In this document: in pieces, positions 47,501-57,630 of the stretch
How positions within the stretch are numbered: position 1 is the first letter of the stretch
Layout: each line of letters begins with the position of its first letter
Source: Anthoceros angustus
Taxonomy: Eukaryota > Plantae > Anthocerotophyta
NCBI GenBank assembly: GCA_010909165.1
Contig: VJWM01000025.1
Span: forward strand, 2,294,001 to 2,358,000
DNA length: 64,000 nucleotides
Direction of reading: 5' to 3'
The notes under the pieces: model-generated
What the model was told of the DNA's origin: nothing
The model's input: only the letters and a program-made list of their open reading frames with translations
Databases searched by the model: none
Made by a program: the position numbers and the translations under genes

Positions 47501-48287
47501 CAGCTACAGAAGCTCCTTTCCTATCCTGCTGATCATCCTTGATCAACACCGCCGTTTCCTCCTCCAACTCCTTGTCTCTCATTTTCTCCACACCACGGAC
47601 AGTGGCCTCAGGTTCACGTGAAGAAGCAGTTTCATGCTGCTCATATCTCTGCTCTTGCTCGACATCATGCCTTTCCTCATACCCTCCTTGTCCAGCCACT
47701 TCCACTTCATGCCCACTAGCTGCAGGCAAATACACAAGTCCTTCCACCCGATTCCTACTCTTGGCCTCGTCAAGGACCTTAGAATGCACGGCATCCACTC
47801 CTTCCCGAAAAGAGGAGCTAGCTGCCCTGTCCCTCCCATCATCCCCAAGCCTTTTCCGCCTCTCCTTTCCCGACTCCTCAATACTTTCTTCCTCACGCTG
47901 GAAGGCAGCAGGACGAGGAGAAGACACACTTGGCCGCCGTCCCTGAGCAAGCAGCCGAGACTGGCTGAGCTGCTCGAAACTAGGCGGGAACTGAGGCTTG
48001 GCTCTGGCCGGAAGCTCTTTCTGCAGATCTTGCAGCTCAGGGAAGGAAAGAGATGGATTGGTGTAGGTAGGCCCCTTCCCAGGTTCGCACTCGCCATCGG
48101 ACGAATCCGAGCCCGCTGCTGCTGCTGCACTGGGATCCTGTCCATTCCTCGTCGCCTCCTTGGACTCTTCACCTTCAGAGTCATCCCACTCCGAGTCGTC
48201 CGACACGGTATCGGCAAGTAAGCTCAGATTTTGATGAAACGCATCCAGCTTGCGACGGAAGTCTGTGGCCCCTCCCCCGTCCCCCAT
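41529..48287 (-). CDS. Giant intronless low-complexity repeat protein A (about 2252 aa from the first ATG)
   Basis: Uninterrupted 6.8-kb frame (the ORF track starts at TTG 48422; first ATG 48287). Acidic N-terminus, 74-aa tandem repeats, P/Q/Y/S-rich C-terminus. No recognised domain. Confidence 0.8.
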   Translation of the reverse strand: MGDGGGATDFRRKLDAFHQNLSLLADTVSDDSEWDDSEGEESKEATRNGQDPSAAAAAGSDSSDGECEPGKGPTYTNPSLSFPELQDLQKELPARAKPQFPPSFEQLSQSRLLAQGRRPSVSSPRPAAFQREEESIEESGKERRKRLGDDGRDRAASSSFREGVDAVHSKVLDEAKSRNRVEGLVYLPAASGHEVEVAGQGGYEERHDVEQEQRYEQHETASSREPEATVRGVEKMRDKELEEETAVLIKDDQQDRKGASVAAPLVDEGKRTRNEPPESVPGPRFSFDPALLKFGSMVPRRAPVRQGVRQSFVQSGELRQAEALSPPRGYDPPTSGFPFGPFAGQKLPEGEDYSDRWDHPSSFLSVSESAGKEGTFSAHGFEPGAQVLGHGSEVQVRPEGETESPMMPLHGKGDSDDDADIERELAELEAELDTDPAKGREDDDLEVAGRRLPNVSRLYSTAVHAPFVASTDPVIDQPTSLFNLPADSEGTAGEEEQVVSIPLERQVSLDASGYVPKPPGRGKPVKEKKEKVKDTVNKNTTSDAAGCGIDVYGYGSWDKPGELYASSQGVSIPGEPPVSLDEFRHAPNPPGSGKPVKEKVKVQVNKNTASDAAASGIDVYAYSRDKPGEVYGVSSQGVSIPGDPEVRLDEYGYVPNPPGSGKPVKEKKEKVKDKLNKSMTLDAVASGIDLYGFGSLDKPGELYGASSQSVSIPGEPQVPEEPQVSLDEYGYAPNPPGSARPVKEKKAKMKDEVNETTTSEVAASGIDVYGFGSLDKPGEFCGASSQGVSIPGEPQASLDEYGCAPNPLGRERPMKEKTEKVEDKVIISSTSGAAASGIDVYGYAPNPPRSERSVKQKKEKEKIKNKVTNSTTSEAAASGIDVYGFDSLDKPGELYGASSQGVSIPGEPQISLDEYGYAPNPPRSDRPVKEKKEKEKIKNKANNSTTSEAAASGIDVYGFGSLVKLGELLRASSQGVSIPGEPQISLDEYGYAPNPPRSDRPVKEKKEKEKIKNKANNSTTSEAAASGIDVYGFGSLVKLGELLRASSQRVSIPGEPQVPLDEYGYALNPPGSERPVKEEKEREKMKDKVNNSTTSEAAASGIDVYGFGSLDKLGELLRASSQRVSIPGEPQVPQDGNGYAPNPAGSEKPVKEKKEKEKMNDKVNNSTTSKAAALGIDVYGFGSLDKLGELLRASSQGVSIPGEPQVPLDDNGYAPNPAGSERPVKEKEKKEKLNDKVNKSTTSEAVGSGIDVYGFGSLDKLGELLRASSQGVSIPGEPQVPLDDNGYAPKPPGSERPVKEKVKEKVNKSTTSGGAASGNDVYGYGDLGQPSSHVVTGVYGDVPPDAQRGGEAKLSYVLEAPPEVKRFPSLHDFDNRKTTLDIGDQDQTGSTDSSPFYGDQSAERLESKEQQVEVQLARLQDGNRRPPNILVLDGTAEDQVNTDRTSDTTASGIDVYGYGDLGQPAPVSVNTAPAIIDPSQDKPSELYGASSQGVSIPVEPQVSLDSYGYAPNPPGSGKVKKVKDQENTDRTSHATASGTYVYGYGDLGQPSPQVVTDAYGHVLPDDQRGGEAKLSYVPAVPPGVKRFPSLHDFDSRKTTLDVEDQEQNGGVDSSPFHADQSAEKLESKEQQAEGQLERPPDVNPGHPNVLVLGGTAQSRRQSFRSALSMKESREEFAANEDVEGTNQPADDFQGRLLHGDEQHVFASASIASSFRASAQPSPNVAQLVHRPQAHDRLSDDESKANYVVTQADEVKQKQKPPRDAQENIHDSYNASAPVSVNMSSSSSLQRHADQPVSAWIQEGKGHSEEVEKPSLTHLDSSARLQHQTGPTPFSPYLAYPPVLASRREEALKGKTDRLKEERDDKLAASEPAYPPTMHPTFGVPSAPSDELHPSDSSQFGSVYPPHSVYPPHSPYPPQNVYPPSSVSAAYPPYPAHPGAIAQTPPPVSPLSQSESGSNSDTDNSTYPPPRPVVQPAYPPSKPPSFSASTSSGGLTGPSYEGASPASSGSHYSYGNTRLGNVYGSDHVKDEKRKQQSSSSSWTPEYAGAPPLYPPASHSGVDSGHGASAPSSDYGKYKVQDPQYGQQRPHTSDYPKQQRPQTPDYGQHSTSSHSKPGLYPPVYSQPQAQSAPWYEQAQAPHSGYAEVGVPQQAQAHSNPYVVGPPRQGYRPTSPWLPSTPQQAQPYQGYVQQPPGYSWTLQPSAPVHHQQPSYGWTGHQSYAGQQQDQHQQPGYGGSRLSYGQPGYPPPNPYY
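44330..46770 (-). repeat. Coding tandem repeat of about 222 bp (74 aa), about 11 copies
   Basis: Unit GIDVYGFGSLDKPGELYGASSQGVSIPGEPQVSLDEYGYAPNPPGSERPVKEKKEK..DKVNNSTTSEAAAS; copies at 45133-45354 and 45355-45576 are nearly identical. Confidence 0.95.
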
Positions 48288-49984
48288 GTCCAAGCCCTGC
48301 GCTCCCTCTTGGATATAAGTCCTGAACGGAATGGAATGTTTGTCAATCACACCCACAAGGGCACAGCCTGGAGCCCCATCCAAAGCGCCCACTTCACAAT
48401 CAAAGCAAAGCCAACAAAACAAGGTGGGATGGGACTGCGTACGAGCATATCGACTTGCGAGTCGCGAATTCTTGGCGGCTTCGAGGCTCCCGGAACGATG
48501 CTTCTGGACAGCACGCCAACAGTCTCTCTCCTATTCAAGGATTATAACAGGATAATACCGTAGTATCATCCGACACATCCTGCTCGACAATGTTATTATA
48601 CGTCCGCTTTGACAATTTTATTATGTAACGGTCTAAGCTTCCCTGCCTTGCCTGCTCTTACAATGTCTAACCTTCCCTCCCTCGAGGTTTGCCATTGCAC
48701 AGCTGCATAGTTCATTTATGACAATAAATGGCCAGGGCTATGTTGCTTGAAGCTTGAGGTGATGTCCCTAAATATACTACCCTCTCTACGATTGAGTTGG
48801 TGTGATCCTTCTTTCTATGCTTTTTCTGAGTTACGCAGCCAGTCATTTGGCTGAGATGCATGAAATGTGCGGTATTGGACTCCTCCAATATGCCGGTCTA
48901 TGCAATGGAAGGGAGCGCTAAAACACTTCCTCGTTGTAGGTGTTAGCCTCTATTCCTCTGCGAGTGAGGCCTGCGCAAACATCACCTAAGTCTCCAGTCT
49001 CCAGTCTCCACATTTGTATAGCTATACAAACAGGTTCACACACACAAAAACTGCAAAAGATTGTGACAAGGAAGCCCGGATTTAATTAATGAAAAGCACA
49101 CCGTTCCAGTAACCGGCAAATGCAAACACCTTGGTTGTGCTAGAGGCTAGCACTATCCATAGCCAGTCCTGTTTTTCCTTGAGTGTGAGAAATGCCATTA
49201 GAACTTCGTTAACCTAGATATCAGATACATGTACTAAAAGGTAGCAAACGATGCAAGAGACCATTTCGAGTTCCTATTGCGAATGTCCGGCCAGTCTTTT
49301 CCTGATGCCTGAGCAATTTTGTTTGTTTTTTCTAAGACATCTCTATTCTGTATGTGTGCAAAGCAGTGAGCCTACATAGGTATATATGACGAGATGCCGG
49401 CACACTAGCCACAGATATGGCACACAACATAGGTATATACATCTGGCACACTAGCCATAGATATGGCACATTGCAACAAACTTGGCAGAATGGGGCATGA
49501 CAGATATCCTCTTGTCTCAGGTATGTAGAACTCTGTCACAAGTATATGTGTATTTCTACTTAGTACATTTCATACATATATCATATGAATATGCGTACCT
49601 TACACGTATACTTGTTGCTTATTAGCATATGGAGGTTTATGGAGAAAAATTGCATATCTCGAAACATTATCAAGTCATCAAGTCTGTGTGCACCATACTG
49701 GTTGCATAAAGAGTTGAACATTGTCCATTCAAGGTAAAATCATTTGTAAATAACTTTTTATCCTACCATAAATAAAACATATTTATGGAGAATAGTGGCA
49801 TATATCGTGCTTTAGCAAATCTTGTTTTAAGATATCTTATGTTATTACACTAAGGTGATCAGTCCCTAATTATGGTACCATGTGCTTAAAATTTATAGTG
49901 CATTTATATGCGACAACCTTTTCGGTCTTGCCATCTGCTATGGTCTTTGATTGTGTATGATACCTTCTTTTTATCTTCTATACC

Positions 49985-50160
49985 ACCTTTGTGGACTTTT
50001 GCCACTTTATGCACTTTTTCTTATGCTACGTTTGTGGACTTTTTCATATGCCATCTTTGTGGACTTTTTCTTATGCCATCTTTGTGGACTTTTTCTTATG
50101 CCATCTTTGTAGTCTTTTCTTATGCGACCTTTCCAGTCTTCTCTTGTGCCATCTTAGTGG
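49985..50160. repeat. Degenerate repeat of about 25-29 bp, about 5 copies
   Basis: TTTGTGGACTTTTTCTTATGCCATC recurring. Confidence 0.85.
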
Positions 50161-50165
50161 AATTT

Positions 50166-50400
50166 CACGAGGTGCGGTCTAGTATCAGAAGAACGTCGTA
50201 TCGACGAAACCTTAGAATATAGGAAGTTCGATAATGACACCGAGCACGAGGAAAAGGAGAGTATGGGATATCCTACGTACACAGATGACTTGCTCGACCA
50301 TGCTAGCCTAACCACTTGCATTCACACTATAGGCGCAAAGGAAAAATGGGTTGCATCCACACTACGGAACGGGAATGCACGGGTTCCCAATCATGATGGC
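50166..50400 (+). pseudogene. Truncated duplicate of the TFIIB-like sequence (source about 51566-51803)
   Basis: GGTGCGGTCTAGT..AGAAGAACGTCGTAT.GACGAAACCTT.GAATA...GACCATGCTAGCCTAACCACTTGCATTCACACT...AATCATGA. Confidence 0.9.
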
Positions 50401-50568
50401 TGTTAGGGTTATCTATTTAACCTACCTCATTTATTTATGTTTAAGGTTATGAACACGTCGCTTTGTACTTAAGAACATTTTTGGTTTTCATTAATTTATT
50501 AAATTGTCTCGTGCACTTATGTTCTTGAGAGAAGACTTCCGTGCATAAAAGAAACATGGTATCAGACC
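50401..50568 (+). mobile_element. Short LTR (TG...CA) followed by a tRNA-iMet primer-binding site
   Basis: TGTTAGGG at 50401 exactly where the TFIIB homology stops; ...AGAAACA at 50556, then TGGTATCAGA; no second LTR found. Confidence 0.6.
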
Positions 50569-51039
50569 TACCAAACATCTATGGCTAGTAATGTTGGTGT
50601 AGCTACTACCATTGTGCACAGCACCTCATAGTCCTTATCACAAGGATGAGAGATAGTGTGCCCAATGTATTTCTTTCCATGCACATTTCGCCATAGGTTA
50701 ATTGGTCCTAGCCTCAATGCTACTCTCTAATGCTGAGAGTCTACATGCTCCTACTCACGCGGAATGCCTCGTAGAGGATGTCCACAACCCGATTGGCCCA
50801 CATGCGACCTCTTGTGGAACACAAAAGTTTGAGTCACTGGATCAAGTGGGTTCATTTTGAAACAGTCCCAATTTCTTTTGGTCAGGAAGGATCTGCAGGG
50901 AATGTGTCTGAACTTTTTGGTTCTTTTGGACTTGGAGTTGTAGGATAGCATTAGGAAGGAAGGTAGGAAGCTTAGAGAAAAGGAAACGTAGCAAAATGGC
51001 CTTGAGGAGAGGAGGGTAGGTGCCTAACGTAGTTGGTAT

Positions 51040-51120
51040 GTCGGCACCTACCATCGTAGGTCGGTATCTACCATCGTAGGGCTGCACCTACTACGGTAGG
51101 TAGCAACCTACGGGCGTAGG
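51040..51120. repeat. Short palindromic repeat cluster
   Basis: Four CCTAC-N4-GTAGG-like units (e.g. CCTACCATCGTAGG). Confidence 0.7.
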
Positions 51121-51462
51121 TTGTTCGAGTATGGAACATGGTAGGGTGACTACATATGTGATCAGTGGGCTGATTAGGATAAATAAGTCCTAAATAGAGG
51201 AATTAGAGGTAATTTTAGATAATTAGGATAAATCTGGTCATTAGGATAATTACATAAAATGAAAACTTGGGTATATAAACGAGGGATGTGACTTACATAT
51301 ATTCATAAATATTGGACAAGCCTCTTAGAAGGTCTCAAGGGCAAGGTCACTGTCGAATCTTTTCCCGTTTGAAAAACAATCATTGTGCTTAATCACTCAT
51401 TATCAAAAACCCTCGTCGGTTCAAGATTTCAGGGCTAGTTATTCCATTTTTTTAATTATCTC

Positions 51463-52427
51463 ATGACAGCCGAGAATATGGACGTCAACTATCCAGAGTG
51501 CAAGTTTAAGATAGAGATTCGTGAGGACAGCAAGTCTGAAGATAGCAAGTCTGGAGACAGCATTTGCACAGGGTGCGGTCTAGTGTTAGAAGAACGTCGT
51601 ATTGACGAAACCTTGGAATACAGAAAGTTCGATAATGACACCGAGCATGAGGAAAAGGAGCGTGTGGGACGTCCTACGTACACGGATGACTTGCTCGACC
51701 ATGCTAGCCTAACCACTTGCATTCACACTGCAGGCACAAAGGAAAAATGGGTTGCATCCACATTGCGAAACGTGAATGCACAGGTTCCTAATCATGACAG
51801 CGGCTTGATATTTGCTTTTGATATGATTTCAGAGCTCGGAGAAAGAATGAGAATTGTGCACAACACGCAGGTATTGGCAAGTTCCTTGTACAAGAAGCTG
51901 ACGGGCTTGAGAAAAGGGAGTTTTGAAGAGACTCGTATGGCTGCTCCTATGTATATGGCTTGTAAAAAAGAAGGGACTCCTCGGTTGGGAAGTTGGTGGA
52001 CCTCCTAGAAATGAAGGCCGTGCATGACAAGCCGCGTACCTAAGGAAATCTGCCATGCGCATCCAAAGCTGTCCGGCCCAAGGATTTTGCAGCGCGGTTT
52101 TGTTCTAGGCTCGAAATGCGTAAGGAAAGTGTGAGAGCTATCTTTCAGGCACTGAGTGCCCTTGAAAAACAAAAATTCGATAGCCGAAGCTTGCCACAAT
52201 CGGTCACCGCCGGAGTTATATACATGGTTTGTAAGATTTCAGGGGAACCGTGCAACTCACTCAAGAGCATTGCCGAGGCATGTAATGTGGCGGTGAGTAC
52301 GCTCAAGAACACTTACGAGATTTTGCTTCCACATGCAGCATCCGTTATAGTACCGGCATGGTTTTTGCAAAGTGAGAATTTTTGTTTGGAAGAGCTCAGG
52401 ACTCGAGCCTTAGATTATGCATCGTGA
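51463..52427 (+). pseudogene. TFIIB: Intronless TFIIB-like pseudogene
   Basis: Zn ribbon YPEC...GDSICTGCGLVLEERRIDE..EYRKF (first Cys replaced by Tyr). Cyclin repeats AAPMYMACKKEGTPR and DFAARFCSRLEM...SVTAGVIYMV...SIAEACNVAVSTLKNTY. Frameshift near 51985 and in-frame TAA at 52041. Confidence 0.88.
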
Positions 52428-52851
52428 ACTTGCCTTCAATCACATAGCTCAGCTATGTGCTTTCGATTCATATACTAGCATGCAGCATGGTCAGTGACAA
52501 CATCCAATGATCATCACCATGCATATGTACTTGCAAATCCTTTTGTAGGAACAAATGCAAGCAAAGCATTTGAAATTTAAAAAAAATAAAAATATTTATG
52601 TTAAATCCTATTTTTTTTCAAAAAAATAATTATTTCGACATTACCCTGTTCAACCACCCCTCGGGGTACGGTAGTGGATTCATATGTAATGGCCGACGGG
52701 TGTGTAAAGGCCGCCTCGACAATGTCTAACTTCTGCCTTGCCTCGAGCTGCATCGTTCATTTATGACAATCTTGATTTATCAGCAAGTCTATCTACAATT
52801 CTGGACGAGATTTTCCCTTGTGTTCAATATGATAAAGGTCCATGACCATTA

Positions 52852-53386
52852 TTACCATAGGTCATACGAGGAAGAATCGAAGTTGCCTTGGTCATACGAG
52901 GAAGCATCGAAGCCGCCCTGGTCATACGAGGAAGCACCGAAGCCGCCCAAATCGAGGCTGATGTCGAAACTTTGGCTCTGGCTCTGGTCTTGGCCCTGGT
53001 CGTAATACTGATCGAAGCCCCCTTGATTGTACTGGTCATAACTATGGCCCTGGTCGTAACTCTGGGTCTGGTAGTAGCTCTGGGTGTTTCCATGACTCTG
53101 GAGGTAGCTCTGCTGATCATAGTGTGTCTGGGTCTGGAGATCACTGTAACTTTCGCTTGAAGAATAGAGGCCTGTGTTCTGAGTGTTGTCGTAGCCTTGT
53201 GGAAATTGCATCTGGTTGCTGCTAGTGTCGGAACCTTGCTGCATTTGCCACTGGTTGGTGCTGTTGTCCATGCCTGGCTGAGGTTGCATCTGGTTGCTGT
53301 TATTGTCCATGCCTGGCTGCGGTTGGGTCGGGTTGCTGTTGTTCCCCATGCCTTGATTGCTGCTGTTGTTGTTCTGCCATAGCCTC

Positions 53387-53421
<35 letters not shown>

Positions 53422-56400
53422 GTTATTACCCATCTGGAAAGCTCCTCCAAATAGAGGCAGTTGCTGTTGGTTGCTGGTTGCCGTGGCCAATGAATCCAAC
53501 GGGCCTGGTCTTTGCCCATATCCCACTTGTTGTGGCCTGCCCTGCATTCCCCCGGGTGGCTGCTGTCCCCTGCCAAATGGTTGAGGTTGCGGGACTTGAG
53601 ACGGTGCTCGTATCTGCCGTGACCCTGCATAACCTGCCTGCAGTGGCTGACTCTGAGGCTGCACTCCCATCCCAGGACCAGCAGCCCGCTGGTAAGGCTG
53701 CCCCTGGGACTGCCCCGTCATTCCAGGACCAGGCTGCTGCGGGTACGCTACTTGACTTCCACGGCCCACAGATCCTTGCTGTTGCTGATACCCTGGTTGT
53801 TGCCCTGTGGATCCAAAGCTGGGCTGCGGCTGCGGCTGCTGGAAGGATGGCGGTGGATCCCCATACCCCAGGTCGCGGGATTGTACCTGTGGCTGCTGTG
53901 GAATGGCCTTAGGCCTGTACGGCCCTCTTCCTGGAATCGCTTGCTGAATCACGGTCTGAGCTGAATATCCTGCGCCTACACCAGGACCTTGTGGTGTTTG
54001 CCCTGCCTGCAAAGTCTGAGGCTGGGTGTACAGATGTGGAGATGGCGCTGAGTGTACAGCCTTGTTCAGGTAGGCATGCACGGGTGGTCCCCTCGGCTGG
54101 ACATGAGAGGGAACCTGAGGAACAGGGGCACCATAGTGGGGACGAGGCAACACCTGCTGTTGACCCACAAACTGAGGGGGCGTGTGAGGACGGGGCTGAC
54201 CCAGAAACTGAGGGGGCGTCTGGGGCTTGCCCTGAGGAGGATGACTGTAGGGTGCTGTGGAAGCCTGCATGGGTGCTGCCCGCTCCGAAGGTGCTGTCCA
54301 GACCTGTGGAGGAGTTTTAACTCGTTGGACAGTCTGCCCAGAGGGAGGCTGCCCATGTCCTTGCACAGGTTGTCCCTGCCACGCCGTCCGCGAGCCGGAA
54401 ACGCTGACACCTGGAGGAGGTCGGGGCATTCCCGGATGCAAACCTTGAGCACCTGCAGCTTGAATGTGTACCAAGGGGTTTAGCTGCCCACCGGCGGCAT
54501 ATCCTGCCGGGCCATACACCTGCCCTGGTCCATATCCATGAGAGCCGGGCTGTGGATTCCCATAAACTTGATCAGCAGCTCGGGCCTCCTTGTCCTTCTT
54601 TTTCTTCTCCTTCTTCGCCTTCACCTTCTCCTCAGTACCATATCCCAGAGGAACAGGACCACTTGAGCTAGCATCAACCGGCGTTGCTGATGGGGCACCA
54701 TACATGAGATGCATCGCATAAGCAGCAGGATCATGTATTGGCTGCACAACTGGAGGAGGCCCATCAGTTCCGTATCCAGCAACTGAAGACGCACTTGCAC
54801 TCTTCTCTTTCTTTTCTTTCTTGTCTTTCTTTTTCTCCTTGACTGGCTCATTGCTGTACACAACTCCCTGGCTCAGGCCTGGTTGATGTCCTACACTGCC
54901 AGGGGCCAAGGAGCCCTGCAATGGCGTCCCATGCATCGAAGGAGGGTAGTGGTACCCGGGCCCAGCCGCATGCACATGCCCTGCATGGTCAACATAGCTT
55001 GCTGGAGGTTTATGCACAGCAATGGGTGCCTGCCCAGGGGGACCATATTGCTGAGGAAGGGGGTTGCCGTACATATCCGTCGGCACACTCTGATTCACGT
55101 TCTCTCCATCCTTGGATTTGTCCTTAGACTTGTCCTTCTTCTCTTTCTTTTTCTCCGCCAAAGGCTCAGGTGGGTAACCATGTATCTGAGGAGCCTGCCC
55201 AGGGGGACCATATTGCTGAGGAAGGGGATTGCCATACATGTCCGTCGACACACTCTCATGTACCTGCTCTCCATCCTTGGACTTGACCTTCTTCTCTTTC
55301 TTTTTCTCCGCCACGGGCTCAGGTGGATAACCATGTATCTGAGGTGCCTGCCCAGGGGGACCATATTGTTGAGGAAGGGGATTGCCATACATGTCCGTCG
55401 ACACACTCTCATATACCTGCTCTCCATCCTTGGACTTGACCTTCTTCTCTTTCTTTTTCTCCGCCACGGGCTCAGGTGGATAACCATGTATCTGAGGTGC
55501 CTGCCCAGGGGGACCATATTGCTGAGGAAGGGGATTGCCATACGTATCCGTCGACACACTCTCATACACATACACCTGCTCTCCATCCTTGGACTTGTCC
55601 TTCTTCTCTTTCTTTTTCTCCGCCACGGGCCCAGGTGGATAACCATATATCTGAGGTGCCTGCCCAAGGGGACCATATTGCTGAGGAAGGGGATTGCCAT
55701 ACAGATCCGTCGACACACTGTGATTCACCTTCTCTCCATCCTTGGACTTGTCCTTCTTCTCTTTCTTTTTCTCCGCCACAGGCTGAGGTGGATAACCATG
55801 TACCTGAGGTGCCTGCCCAGGGGGACCGTATTGCTGAGGAAGGGGATTGCCATACATATCCGTCGACACACTCTGATTCACCTTGTCTCCATCCTTGGAC
55901 TTGTCCTTCTTCTCTTTCTTTTTCTCCGCCACAGGCTGAGGAGGATAACCATGTACCTGAGGTGGAGTGGAAGGTGGCACAGGTCCCTGAGGAGCTTGCC
56001 ACGAATTGACTCCAGAGTCAACGTCGCCCTTCGCATGCTTTTCACCCTTGTCCTTCCCGTCCTTCTTCTTTCCCTTGATAGACTCCGTATCGGATGCCAC
56101 TCCCTGATCAGGCACTCCTGGGTATGTTCTCTCATCTGGAGGTACAAACGGAAATCCATGAGGAGGTGGGTGGTAACCAGAGGGTGGTGAAAGAGCACTT
56201 GCTTGCTTAGGCTTCTCCTGGAATTCAACGTCAATTCTCGGCTCCCCATTCCTCACAGGCTCGGTAGGAGGATTGTAACTGCCATGCACGGGCGAGGGAG
56301 CTCCTGCTTGCTCTGCAAGAGATCTTGTCAGCTGCTCCGTTACTGGGACATGCCCAGACCCATACACGTCCGGGGACGGGTGAGGAGCATCTGATATGTT

Positions 56401-57630
56401 ATGCTCCTTCTTCTTCTTGTCCTTCACCTTCTCCTTCTCGGGAGGAGGGGCAGCATAGCCATATCCATCGCCATCCGGAAGAGCTTGGCCCTGAGGCCAG
56501 CTCACATTCGGAGGAGCTTGCCACTGAGCTACGTAACCAGTCGGAGCAGGAGGGTCCTCCTCATGGCTGTCGTCGCTATTGTCCATCTTCTTTTCCTTCT
56601 TCTGCTTACCCATGTACGGCACATGCTGAGGAGCTTCAGCACCATACGCATACCCCACATGGGGCACCTGGGCGGCATCCACGCCATAAGCATACCCCAC
56701 AGGAACCTGAGCAGCAGGGTAAGAACCTTGATCCAGCCCCGCATCAGCGCCCTTCACCTTATCCTTCTTCTTCTTCTTCTTCTCCTTCACCTTCTCCTTC
56801 TCCTTCTCCTTCTCCGATCCTGAGTCACTGTCCCTCCCTTCCTCTTTGACCTTATCCTTCTTCTTCGACTTCTCCTTTAGCTTCTCCACGACGACATCCC
56901 TGGTGACCGTCCCAGCTGGATCAACCGAAGCCCCATATCCATAAACAGGGACAAAGGATCCGGCTTGGCCTGATGCCTGATACTGGCCGGCCTGCTGAAA
57001 GGGCACACCTTGCGGAGGAGGCCCAGGATACTGCTGATAGTAAGGTTGTCCATAAGCAGCATTTGCAGCACCCACGTTCCCACCTTCCTGCTGCTCCTTG
57101 CTTTCGCCCTTCTTCTTAGCCTTCTTATCCTCTCCTTCATCCTTGCTCTTCTTAGCCTTCTTATCCTCGCCTTCATCCTTGCCCTCCTTCTTCTTCTCCG
57201 TGTCCTCTTTCACTTTGTCCTTCTTCTTGCCCTTTTTCTTACCGTCAGAGTCATCCGAGGAGTCGGACCAATCAGAGCTTAACACCGTGCACGACGCGGA
57301 GCTATCCTCGTTTTGGTCCTGCTGCTCCTGCCTTAGGCCGTTCTGCCACACCTCTTGCTGCTCTTGCGCAAAGTGACCGGGATACTGGAAGACTTGGGCC
57401 CCTGCATTCTGATCTGATCCATACTGGGTCCCGGCCTCATGCACGCGGCTCTCTTCCAAGGGCTGCCCTGCTTCACACTGCTCCTGGGCGTAGCAGTACG
57501 CTTGGTAATCCCCAGGGAGGCCCTCATGCTGCTGGTACACCCCCTGCTGGTAATCCTCATGCTGATGGTACGCCTCCTGCTGGTACACCTCCTGCTGATA
57601 CTCCTCCTGGTACTCACCACCTTCTTCCAT
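52852..57630 (-). CDS. Giant intronless low-complexity repeat protein B (about 1592 aa from the first ATG)
   Basis: Uninterrupted 4.8-kb frame (the ORF track starts at GTG 57675; first ATG 57630). E/Q/Y-rich N-terminus, K/E blocks, 51-53-aa repeats, Q/P/G/Y prion-like C-terminus with polyQ and a 3x SSYDQG repeat. Probable 5' UTR intron donor near 57850. Confidence 0.8.
55030..55950 (-). repeat. Coding tandem repeat of about 153-159 bp, 6 copies
   Basis: Unit SVSTDMYGNPLPQQYGPPGQAPQIHGYPPEPVAEKKKEKKDKSKDGE(K/Q)V. Confidence 0.95.

Noticed and set aside
54883-56190. 435-aa plus-strand ORF, and the series of about 69-aa ORFs at 44423-46773
   Set aside because: Antisense shadows of in-frame coding repeats on the minus strand
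41529-57630. Giant repeat proteins as EPYC1-like pyrenoid Rubisco linkers, or as extensins
   Set aside because: N-termini are acidic with no evident transit or signal peptide; no SPPPP repeats; far larger than known linkers. Not excluded experimentally.
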